In this document: in pieces, positions 27,597 to 35,455 of the stretch
How positions within the stretch are numbered: the first letter of the stretch is position 1
How the letters are laid out: every line of letters begins with the position of its first letter
NCBI GenBank assembly: GCA_963711075.1
Contig: CAVQCW010000008.1
Location: forward strand, 37,136-101,135
Reading direction: 5' to 3'
Source: an uncultured Pseudomonadota bacterium
GTDB taxonomy: Bacteria > Pseudomonadota > Gammaproteobacteria > Xanthomonadales > Rhodanobacteraceae
Length of the DNA stretch: 64,000 nucleotides
Notes under the pieces: model-generated
The model's input: the letters and a program-made list of their open reading frames with translations, nothing else
Database searches by the model: none
Told to the model about the DNA's origin: nothing
Position numbers and translations under genes: made by a program

Positions 27597-29074
27597 TGCG
27601 CGGAACCAACGAACGCGATTGCAACGCCGGGCAATTGCGCGCCGCGGTTGCGGATTTGATCGCTGCGGGCGGTCGCATGCAGATGGCGTGGTGCTGGTTT
27701 CCGGAAAAATCAAAATCCGAAGTTTGCTATCTGGCCGCGCCGGGCGCACGCCGGCCACTGGAACTATGGCGTTGTCGCGTCGACAATGGAATTTTGCCGA
27801 GTCTGGCCGGTCTGGTTCCGTTGCTGGGTTGGTACGAACGCGAAATCACCGATCTATGCGGTGTGCGTTTCGACGGTCATCCGGAACCGCGTCCGCTGCT
27901 GTTCGATGGGCTCGACCATGCGCCGATGGATCCGGCACATGTGTATGCTGCGGCCAGCGGAAATGCCCGCGCACCTGCCTTCGTCCCCGAAGTACTGGGC
28001 GACGATGTCCAACAATTGCCGTTCGGTCCCGTGCGCGCCGATGTAGTCGAGTCGGCGCAGTTTCAATTCTTCTATCTTGGCGAACACATCCTGCGTTACC
28101 AGCCGCGACTGTTTTTCAAGCACCGCGGCATGGAACAGCGCTTCACGGGTCTCGCCCCAAGCGCCGGCACAGCGTTCGCCGAGCGCGTTTCCGGCATCGG
28201 AAGCGTGGCTCACGCGCTGGCCTATTGCCAGGCGATCGAGGCCGCGGCAGGTTGCGGCGTGCCCGTTCGTGCGCGCCGCATTCGCGTGCTGCTCGCAGAA
28301 CTCGAACGGCTATACAACCATCTGCATTACTTCGGCCATCTGGCCGCCACGACCACACTCAAGGCAGGTCACGCGGAGGGAACGCTGCTCGAAGAAGGCA
28401 TCAAGCAGCTCATCGCACGCCTGTGTGGCAGCCGCTTCGGGCGCAATCTGCTGACACCGGGAGGATTGCGTCGCGATGTCGTCATCGCTGCGGATCTTTC
28501 CGCGCGGCTCGATGAGCTGGAAAAATCCGTACGCTGTTATCTGGAACAACTCGAACGCACGACGAGTTATCTGGATCGCCTCATCACGACCGGCCCGCTA
28601 CCGCGGCAGACTGCGTTCGACCAGGGCGCGACCGGCCCGGTCGAGCGCGCCTCGGGGTTGGATCGCGACATGCGACGCGATCATCCCTACGCCGCATACG
28701 ATGAACTGAAAATTGCGGTCCCCGTTCGCGATGACGGCGACGCCTACGCGCGAGCGCGAGTACGCATGGCAGAAATCATCGAGATTTTTGCGGCCCTGCG
28801 CCAGATCCTGGCGCGTCTGCAACCAGGCGACGTTCGTGTTGACTGCACGCCGCCACCCGATTCCGAAGGATTGGGCTGGGCCGAATCGCCACGTGGCTCG
28901 CTCTACTACGCCGTGCATGTGGACGCCGCGCAACGTCTGGCGCGAGTCAAGATCAAATCGCCGTCGTATTCCAACTGGCGCGTATTCCCGTTCACGGTGC
29001 ATGACACCAACATGATGGATTACGCGATCAACGAAGCCAGTTTCGGTTTGTCCATTGCCGGTTGTGATCGCTGA
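27593..29074 (+). CDS. HycE/HyfG-like fused NuoC-NuoD-type 'large subunit' lacking the Ni-Fe cysteines
   Basis: NuoC-like N-domain (LLGWYEREITDLCGVRFDGHPEPRPLL). The large-subunit core has the L1 position reading RVSGIGSVAH and the C-terminus reading LSIAGCDR-stop. ATGA overlap with the previous gene. Confidence 0.88.
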   Translation: MMRGTNERDCNAGQLRAAVADLIAAGGRMQMAWCWFPEKSKSEVCYLAAPGARRPLELWRCRVDNGILPSLAGLVPLLGWYEREITDLCGVRFDGHPEPRPLLFDGLDHAPMDPAHVYAAASGNARAPAFVPEVLGDDVQQLPFGPVRADVVESAQFQFFYLGEHILRYQPRLFFKHRGMEQRFTGLAPSAGTAFAERVSGIGSVAHALAYCQAIEAAAGCGVPVRARRIRVLLAELERLYNHLHYFGHLAATTTLKAGHAEGTLLEEGIKQLIARLCGSRFGRNLLTPGGLRRDVVIAADLSARLDELEKSVRCYLEQLERTTSYLDRLITTGPLPRQTAFDQGATGPVERASGLDRDMRRDHPYAAYDELKIAVPVRDDGDAYARARVRMAEIIEIFAALRQILARLQPGDVRVDCTPPPDSEGLGWAESPRGSLYYAVHVDAAQRLARVKIKSPSYSNWRVFPFTVHDTNMMDYAINEASFGLSIAGCDR

Positions 29075-29123
29075 TGAACACAATGCAATTTTCCCAGACA
29101 AGATTCGGTTCCGGAGTTCACCG

Positions 29124-29924
29124 ATGCCCATCTGGACGCTGATTGGACTGGCCAAAGGCAGCGCAACTACCGCGTGGCCTGCGCATGACGGCGACGACGG
29201 GCAGACCGGAGTGTCCGGCATGCCGCGCATCACTGGCGAGCGTTGCGTCGTGGATTGCCGCGCCTGCGCCGAGGTCTGTCCGACACGCGCCATCGGCCTT
29301 GATGCCGCCGGAAATTTGCAGACTCTCGATTATGGACGCTGCATCGCGTGCCAGTTGTGTGTGCAGGCGTGTCCTTCGGGCAGGCTGCAAGCCAGCAACG
29401 ACTGGGCGTGCGGCGTGCGCGATCGCGGCGAACTGCACTGGAGCGATGCGACGACTTCGCCCGCGGCAGAGCAGTTGCGCAAGCACATCGAGCGCAGTTT
29501 CAAATGCAGTCTGCATATTCGGCATGTCGATGCCGGCTCGTGCAACGGTTGCGAATCGGAATTGCAGGCGTTGAACAATCCATACTACAACCTGCATCGG
29601 CTCGGCATTTTCTTCACGGCATCGCCACGCTTCGCTGATCTGCTGCTGGTCACCGGCCCGGTCACGCACGCGATGCGAGAACCGCTGCTGGCAACCTACG
29701 AAGCCATGGCTGAGCCACGCCTGGTAATGGCGACGGGAACCTGCGCCGTTTCCGGCGGCATCGCTGCAGGCGGATACGCATGTGGCAGCGGACTCGACGG
29801 CGTGTTGCCGGTGGATCTGTGGCTGCCGGGCTGCCCGCCGAATCCGGCGGCAATCATCGAAGGATTGCTGGTGCTGCTCGATCGCGCGAAGCCGCGCCTG
29901 CGCGGAGGCCGCTTCGATGAATGA
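29124..29924 (+). CDS. Fusion of a 2x[4Fe-4S] ferredoxin (HycF/HyfH/NuoI-like) with a hydrogenase small subunit (HycG/HyfI/NuoB-like)
   Basis: N-half: CVVDCRACAEVCP and CIACQLCVQACP. C-half: DAGSCNGCE, SPRFADLLLVTGPVT, GTCAVSGG, LPGCPPNP (the four NuoB-type Cys are retained). GGAG lies 7 nt upstream of the ATG at 29124. Confidence 0.88.
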   Translation: MPIWTLIGLAKGSATTAWPAHDGDDGQTGVSGMPRITGERCVVDCRACAEVCPTRAIGLDAAGNLQTLDYGRCIACQLCVQACPSGRLQASNDWACGVRDRGELHWSDATTSPAAEQLRKHIERSFKCSLHIRHVDAGSCNGCESELQALNNPYYNLHRLGIFFTASPRFADLLLVTGPVTHAMREPLLATYEAMAEPRLVMATGTCAVSGGIAAGGYACGSGLDGVLPVDLWLPGCPPNPAAIIEGLLVLLDRAKPRLRGGRFDE

Positions 29925-31884
29925 AATGATCGGAGTCGCTCTCGCCTGCTGGCTGCTCGCGCTGGTTCTTGCCATCGCGGGACGCGCGTTGACGCCTGCG
30001 CGATGGCTGCTGGCCGCAGGTGCCGCAGCGATGATTGCGTGCGCGTTGCTGACACTACCCGGCTCGACGGCAACGCTTTCGCTGGGCTTCGGCCCCGGCG
30101 CGCACGGCAGCGTGTTTCGACTCGATGCTGCGGCGTTGTGGTTGTCGCTGTTCGGCTTCATGCCCGCGCTGGCGGCGTGCTTGCTGGGTACGCCGGCAAG
30201 CGAAAAACGCGGCTGGATCGCTGGTGCAGCGCTGGCATCAATCGCTGCACTTGGCGTATTCGGCTTGCAAGACGCCGCATCGTTTCGGGTCGCCTGGGAA
30301 ATCATGAGTCTGGGCGGTGCGTGCATGTTGCTTGGCGAAAGATTCGATGGCCCGCAATCGGGTGCATCCAGTTTGTTCATGCTTGGCTTGCTCGAAGTCG
30401 GAGCTGTCGCCCTGATCGCGTCCATGCTGATCCTCGGTCATGCCTCAGGCACGTTTGCCTTCGCGGCTTTTCCGTCGGCAGCGGCGAGCCTGTCGCCGGG
30501 GTTGCGCCTTGGCGTCGGCATGCTGTTGCTGGTCGGTTTCGGCGCCAAGCTGGGCCTGTTGCCTTTTTACGAATGGCTGCCGCGCGCGTACGCATCGGGC
30601 AGCGGTGCCAGTGGCGCAATGTTGTCCGGCGTCATTTTGAATGCGGCGTATTTCGCGCTTGCGCGCGGATTCACGCAGTGGCTTCCGGCGGATTTCGCGC
30701 TCGGCGCAATCGTCATCGCGCTGGCCATCGTGAGCGCGATTCTGGCCATTCTTTACGCGTTCCAGGAAGAAGACTGGCGCGAATTGCTGAGTTTTTCGAC
30801 GGCGGAAAATGCCTGCATCGCGATGGCCCTGCTCGGCGCATCGATGTTGTTCCGAAGTCGCGGTCTGGAAACCTTCGCGGCACTGGCCTGGGTGGTTGCA
30901 CTGTTGCATCTTGGCGCACACGCGCTGGCGAAAGGCGCTCTGTTTTGTGCCGCCGACGGCATCTACCGCGCCAGTGGCAGCTATCACATCACCCAATGCG
31001 GTTGGTTCAAGCGCAGCCCGCTGCTGTTCGGCATCGGCGTCGTATTCGCCGGCATGAGTCTGGCGGCGATGCCGCCGCAGGCCGGATTCGTCAGCGAGTG
31101 GTTCGCCTTCCAGACCCTGTTCCAGGGATTTCATCTTCCCGGAATGGGCGGGCGCCTGGTGCTGGCGCTGGCCGGCGCCGGACTCGCTCTGACCGCCGCG
31201 ATCGCATTCGCCACGTTCGTCAAAGTCGTTGGCATTGGCGCACAAGGCGCAAGCACGCATGAGGGTACGCGTGTACCCGGCGCGCACGCGTTTGCAACGG
31301 GCGTTCTCGGTTTGCTGGTGCTGGCGCTTGCAGTCGGCATGCCATGGTGGCTGCACTATCTGGACCGCGCCGCCAGTCTTGCTTTCGGCGCGCACACGGC
31401 CACTGCAATGCACGATGGGCCGATCCTCGTACCGCTCTCCAAATTCGCTTTCATCTCGCCGACGTTGCTGATTATTGTTTGTCCGCTGCTCGCGATCGTG
31501 CCGATCGCGCTGTTGTGGTGGTCCATGCGCAGACATCCGGCACGCGGCGCACCGGTCTGGTACGGCGGGTTTGCGCGCGATTCGACGCGGGTGGCGACGA
31601 CCGCACTGACTTTTTCCAATGCGATGCGCGTGTTCTACAGTTTTATCTATCGCCCAACGGTCGATGTCGCGCACGAACATAGTGAGCGCGAATATTTCGT
31701 GCACCGATTGCGCTTGCGTCACGGTGTCGCAGCGTTGTTTGAACCGCTGCTGTTTGGCCCCTTGCGGCGCGGCGTGGACGCGCTCGCCGGCGCCTTGCAA
31801 GGCATGCAATCCGGACAGATGAACTTCTATCTTGCCCTGATCGCACTGCTGCTGGTTGTCGCGTTGTCCATCGCGATCTGGTAG
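29917..31884 (+). CDS. HyfB/HycC-like (NuoL-like) antiporter-type membrane subunit
   Basis: 655 aa, polytopic, with blocks FGAKLGLLPFYEWLPRAY and AENACIAMALLG typical of HyfB/HycC. 8-nt overlap with the previous gene. Confidence 0.85.
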   Translation: MNEMIGVALACWLLALVLAIAGRALTPARWLLAAGAAAMIACALLTLPGSTATLSLGFGPGAHGSVFRLDAAALWLSLFGFMPALAACLLGTPASEKRGWIAGAALASIAALGVFGLQDAASFRVAWEIMSLGGACMLLGERFDGPQSGASSLFMLGLLEVGAVALIASMLILGHASGTFAFAAFPSAAASLSPGLRLGVGMLLLVGFGAKLGLLPFYEWLPRAYASGSGASGAMLSGVILNAAYFALARGFTQWLPADFALGAIVIALAIVSAILAILYAFQEEDWRELLSFSTAENACIAMALLGASMLFRSRGLETFAALAWVVALLHLGAHALAKGALFCAADGIYRASGSYHITQCGWFKRSPLLFGIGVVFAGMSLAAMPPQAGFVSEWFAFQTLFQGFHLPGMGGRLVLALAGAGLALTAAIAFATFVKVVGIGAQGASTHEGTRVPGAHAFATGVLGLLVLALAVGMPWWLHYLDRAASLAFGAHTATAMHDGPILVPLSKFAFISPTLLIIVCPLLAIVPIALLWWSMRRHPARGAPVWYGGFARDSTRVATTALTFSNAMRVFYSFIYRPTVDVAHEHSEREYFVHRLRLRHGVAALFEPLLFGPLRRGVDALAGALQGMQSGQMNFYLALIALLLVVALSIAIW

Positions 31885-31934
31885 CAACGCAAAGCCGTCG
31901 ACCTGAGTTTCGTTGGCACGCATGATAGGCTGAA

Positions 31935-33068
31935 ATGTCCGATACCAAGGAAATGGAATCGATGTCGCACTCCAGAGTTTCGCAACTGCTTGCGCAAGCC
32001 GGGCTCACCCTGAACGGTGGTGCCCCGTACGATCCGCAAATCCATAACGATCATTTTTACGCCCGCGTCGTCACCCATGGCTCAATCGGGCTCGGCGAGT
32101 CCTACATGGACGAGTGGTGGGACGTGCGCGATCTCGACGCCATGCTGTATCGCATTCTCGCCGCAGGACTGGATCGAAAGGTCCACGCCATCGACGATGC
32201 GTGGCTGTGGCTCAAGTCGACATTTCTGAACCTGCAACGTGGGCACCGCGCCTATGTAATCGGCGAACATCACTACGACATCGGCAACGATCTTTTCGAG
32301 GCAATGCTCGGCAAGCGCCTCGTATACAGCTGCGCGTATTGGAACACCGCAACAAATCTCGACGACGCCCAGGAAGCCAAGCTCGATCTGGTTTGCCGAA
32401 AACTCGGACTGAAAGCCGGTATGCGCGTGCTCGACATCGGTTGCGGCTGGGGCGAGGCATTGAAATATGCCGCCGAGCGTTATGGCGTATCCGGCGTCGG
32501 CATCACGGTATCGCAGGAACAGGCGGAATTCGCCCGTGATCTGTGCAAAAACCTGCCGATCGAGATTCGCGTACAGGACTACCGCGAACTTGACGAAAAA
32601 TTCGATCGCAGCTTTTCCATCGGCATGTTCGAACACGTCGGCGTGAAAAACTATCGCACATATTTCGAGATGGTGCGCCGTTGCCTGAACGACGATGGCC
32701 TGTCGCTGCTGCATTGCATCGGCTCCAACGTGTCCACAAACCGTACCGATCCGTGGATCGCAAAATACATATTCCCCAACTCGATGCTGCCGTCCGCAGT
32801 GCAGATCGCCGACGCGCGCGAAGACCTGTTCGTGATCGAGGACTGGCACAATTTCGGCGCCGACTACGACGCGACGTTGATGGCCTGGCGAGACAATTTC
32901 GATAGCGCATGGCCACGACTGCGCGACACCTACGGCGAACGCTTCCGGCGCATGTGGCACTTCTACCTGTCCGCCTCGGCTGCCGTGTTCCGTGCACGTC
33001 GCGACCAATTGTGGCAACTGGTTTTGAGCCCGAACGGGGTGCCGGGCGGATACCGCGCACCGCGATGA
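31935..33068 (+). CDS. cfa: Cyclopropane-fatty-acyl-phospholipid synthase
   Basis: GSIGLGESYMDEWWD and the SAM motif VLDIGCGWGE, with length and blocks as in E. coli Cfa. Confidence 0.92.
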   Translation: MSDTKEMESMSHSRVSQLLAQAGLTLNGGAPYDPQIHNDHFYARVVTHGSIGLGESYMDEWWDVRDLDAMLYRILAAGLDRKVHAIDDAWLWLKSTFLNLQRGHRAYVIGEHHYDIGNDLFEAMLGKRLVYSCAYWNTATNLDDAQEAKLDLVCRKLGLKAGMRVLDIGCGWGEALKYAAERYGVSGVGITVSQEQAEFARDLCKNLPIEIRVQDYRELDEKFDRSFSIGMFEHVGVKNYRTYFEMVRRCLNDDGLSLLHCIGSNVSTNRTDPWIAKYIFPNSMLPSAVQIADAREDLFVIEDWHNFGADYDATLMAWRDNFDSAWPRLRDTYGERFRRMWHFYLSASAAVFRARRDQLWQLVLSPNGVPGGYRAPR

Positions 33069-33084
33069 TGCGGCACAACGTCGC

Positions 33085-33750
33085 ATGAATCCGGTGCCAA
33101 CCGAGTACACCGCGATCATATCGACACCAGCGCCACGGGGTAGAATCAGGGCATTTGAAAATCGGGACCACCACGTGACCATCAGTGTCGAACCAACCGA
33201 GGATCTGCTGCGCCGCATTCGCACCGGTGAATCCGCGGCCAAGCAGGCCTTGTACGAACGTTGCCTGCCGTTGTTGCGACGCTGGGCGCACGGGCGCCTG
33301 CCGCACTACGCGCGCGATATCGCCGATACCGACGATCTGGTCCAGGTGACACTGCTGCGCGCGCTCAATCGTCTGGACGACTTCAACTCCGATGGCGGCA
33401 GCGGCAGTTTTCTCGCGTACCTGCGCCAGATATTGCTCAACGAAGTTCGCGGCGAATTGCGCAAACGCCAGGTTCGTGGCAGCAGGCTCGATATCGACGA
33501 TATGCCTTTGCCCGACGATACCGCTTCCGTCGTCGAACATCTGGTCGGCGAGCAGCGTATCCGCAATTACGAGGCCGCGCTGGGCACGCTGGACCGCGAG
33601 CAACAGGCGCTGATCGTGATGCGCCTGGAATTCGGCATGAGCTATCAGGAAATGGGCATCGAGACCGGTAGTTCGCCGGATGCTGTTCGGATGCGTGTCA
33701 CTCGCGCATTGAAGACTGTTGCCAGTCGCATCGCGACGGACAGAGACTAG
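33085..33750 (+). CDS. ECF-type RNA polymerase sigma-70 family factor
   Basis: Region 2 (DTDDLVQVTLLRALNRLDDF) and region 4 HTH (MRLEFGMSYQEMGIETGSSPDAVRMRVTRAL). The start may be later (GTG 33175). Confidence 0.85.
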   Translation: MNPVPTEYTAIISTPAPRGRIRAFENRDHHVTISVEPTEDLLRRIRTGESAAKQALYERCLPLLRRWAHGRLPHYARDIADTDDLVQVTLLRALNRLDDFNSDGGSGSFLAYLRQILLNEVRGELRKRQVRGSRLDIDDMPLPDDTASVVEHLVGEQRIRNYEAALGTLDREQQALIVMRLEFGMSYQEMGIETGSSPDAVRMRVTRALKTVASRIATDRD

Positions 33751-33754
33751 ACTC

Positions 33755-35359
33755 ATGCCCGGCAAATCCGGAACAAGAAAACAAATCGATGAAGCCCTGT
33801 CGGCCATCGCGGACGGAGCTCCATTGGCCTGGAGAGAGATCGAATCCGGATTGGACGATCCAGCCCAGGTCGAAGTGTTGCGTTTGCTTGACGACGTCGC
33901 CGGCGCGTATCGCCGGGAGCGCAACGCGACTTCCGCAGCGCCGAATCATGCGATGTTCCGCTGGGGTCCGCTTGAAGTGGAAGCGATGATTGGCGAAGGC
34001 AGCTACGGCAATGTGTACCGCGCATTCGACCCGTGGCTGGGTCGACACGTCGCCCTGAAGCTTGCGCAACTGGCGACGGGTACCGGCAGCGGGCTCGACG
34101 AGGCACGCCGCCTGGCGCGCCTGCGCCATCGCAACGTGCTGCATGTTTACGGCTGCGCGGTGCACGACGGTCGCTCCGGACTGTGGAGCGAGCTGATCGA
34201 AGGTCGCACCCTGGCTGCGGTGGTTGCAAGCGATGGCGCATTGAGCGTCGAAGAAACCATGCGCATTGGCCGCGATCTGGCCAATGCATTGGCCGCTGTC
34301 CACGCTGCAGGCCTCGTACACGGCGATGTGAAAGCGGACAACGTGATGCGTGAAAGCGGCGGTCGCATCGTGTTGATGGATTTCGGTGCCGGCGGCGACC
34401 AGCGCTTGCTCGCCAGCCGCCAACTGATTTCCGGCACACCGGCCTACCTGTCGCCGGAAGTGCTTGACGGCGCGCCGCTGAGTATACAAAGCGACATTTA
34501 CGCGTTCGGCGTGCTGCTGTTTTTCCTGCTCAGCGGGCGTTATCCATACGCGCATTCCGATTTCGGCGCATTGCGCGACGCGCAGGCAGCCGGCGAGCGA
34601 GCGGAACTGCGCGCGTTGCGCCCGGATCTCGACCCGGATCTTGGCGCGCTGGTCGAAGCGTGCACGGCCACGGATCCCGCTCTGCGGCCGCAGAGCGCAT
34701 CTGCGCTTGCCGCCCGATTGACTCGGCTGGCCCAGCCGCAACCGCACGCACTTTCGCATCCACGCCGCTGGATCGGTGTGGCGGCCTGCGCCGCCGCCGT
34801 CGCCGCGTGCACGCTGCTGGCATGGCCGCAGCTGTTTCCGCCGGCCTGGGCCAGCACGATTCAATTCCTGCGCGTTGAACCCGGAGGCAATGTTCCACTC
34901 GACGCAAATTCGAGCCTGCGCGTCGGCGACCGGATACGCCTGCTCGCGAGCAGCACGCGCGACACGTATCTGTACGTTCTCAACGAAGACGCCGCCGGCA
35001 ACGCGACGGTATTGTTCCCGTTGAACGCTACGGCACGCAATCCACTGCATGCCGGCGTGCAACTGCAGCTGCCCGGCGGCACGGGATCGACGCAGGCGTA
35101 TGAAGTCACTGCCGATTCCGCACGCGAGGAATTTCTCGTGGTGGCGTCGCTGGCGCCGCTGCCGGATCTGGAAGGAGAACTCAACAGTTGGCGTCACGCG
35201 GCAACTGCCGACACAGCACCGACACGCGGAGTTGGCGCAATCGTGGATGTATCCGCGCCGCTGCTGCGTGGCGCGCATCTTCACGCGCTGCTCGATCGAC
35301 TCCGTCAGGACCCGGCCCACGTGCGCGTCTGGCAATACAGCTTTACGCACCGCAACTGA
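33755..35359 (+). CDS. Membrane Ser/Thr protein kinase with C-terminal periplasmic DUF4384-like domain
   Basis: Hanks motifs GEGSYGNVY, VALK, HGDVKADNVM, DFG, GTPAYLSPE. TM helix WIGVAACAAAVAACTLLAW. C-terminal VGDRIRLLASSTRDTYLYVLNEDAAGNATVLFP is DUF4384-like. Confidence 0.88.
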   Translation: MPGKSGTRKQIDEALSAIADGAPLAWREIESGLDDPAQVEVLRLLDDVAGAYRRERNATSAAPNHAMFRWGPLEVEAMIGEGSYGNVYRAFDPWLGRHVALKLAQLATGTGSGLDEARRLARLRHRNVLHVYGCAVHDGRSGLWSELIEGRTLAAVVASDGALSVEETMRIGRDLANALAAVHAAGLVHGDVKADNVMRESGGRIVLMDFGAGGDQRLLASRQLISGTPAYLSPEVLDGAPLSIQSDIYAFGVLLFFLLSGRYPYAHSDFGALRDAQAAGERAELRALRPDLDPDLGALVEACTATDPALRPQSASALAARLTRLAQPQPHALSHPRRWIGVAACAAAVAACTLLAWPQLFPPAWASTIQFLRVEPGGNVPLDANSSLRVGDRIRLLASSTRDTYLYVLNEDAAGNATVLFPLNATARNPLHAGVQLQLPGGTGSTQAYEVTADSAREEFLVVASLAPLPDLEGELNSWRHAATADTAPTRGVGAIVDVSAPLLRGAHLHALLDRLRQDPAHVRVWQYSFTHRN

Positions 35360-35455
35360 CCGTAGCGTGCACGCTACGACAACCCGATTGAATTTGCTGC
35401 ATGCGCTCCGCGCACGGGCAATTCCTCGCCAAACCTGTCGTGCGCGAAGCGCACG

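Noticed and set aside
25695-29074. The very long ORFs 25695-27596 (633 aa) and 26225-29074 (949 aa) listed in the track.
   Set aside because: Their N-terminal parts are Arg/Ala/Pro-rich read-through in alternative frames of the preceding genes. The recognisable HyfF-like and HycE-like sequences begin at ATGs 26133 and 27593, and each forms an ATGA overlap with the upstream stop.
24497-31884. Annotating this cluster as a functional hydrogenase-4 / formate hydrogenlyase (hyfBCEFGHI).
   Set aside because: The large subunit lacks all four Ni-Fe cysteines and has no C-terminal maturation peptide. No hyp, hycI or fdhF genes are nearby. Subunit homology is real, but hydrogenase chemistry is not supported. 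I call it an Ehr/complex-I-like module instead.
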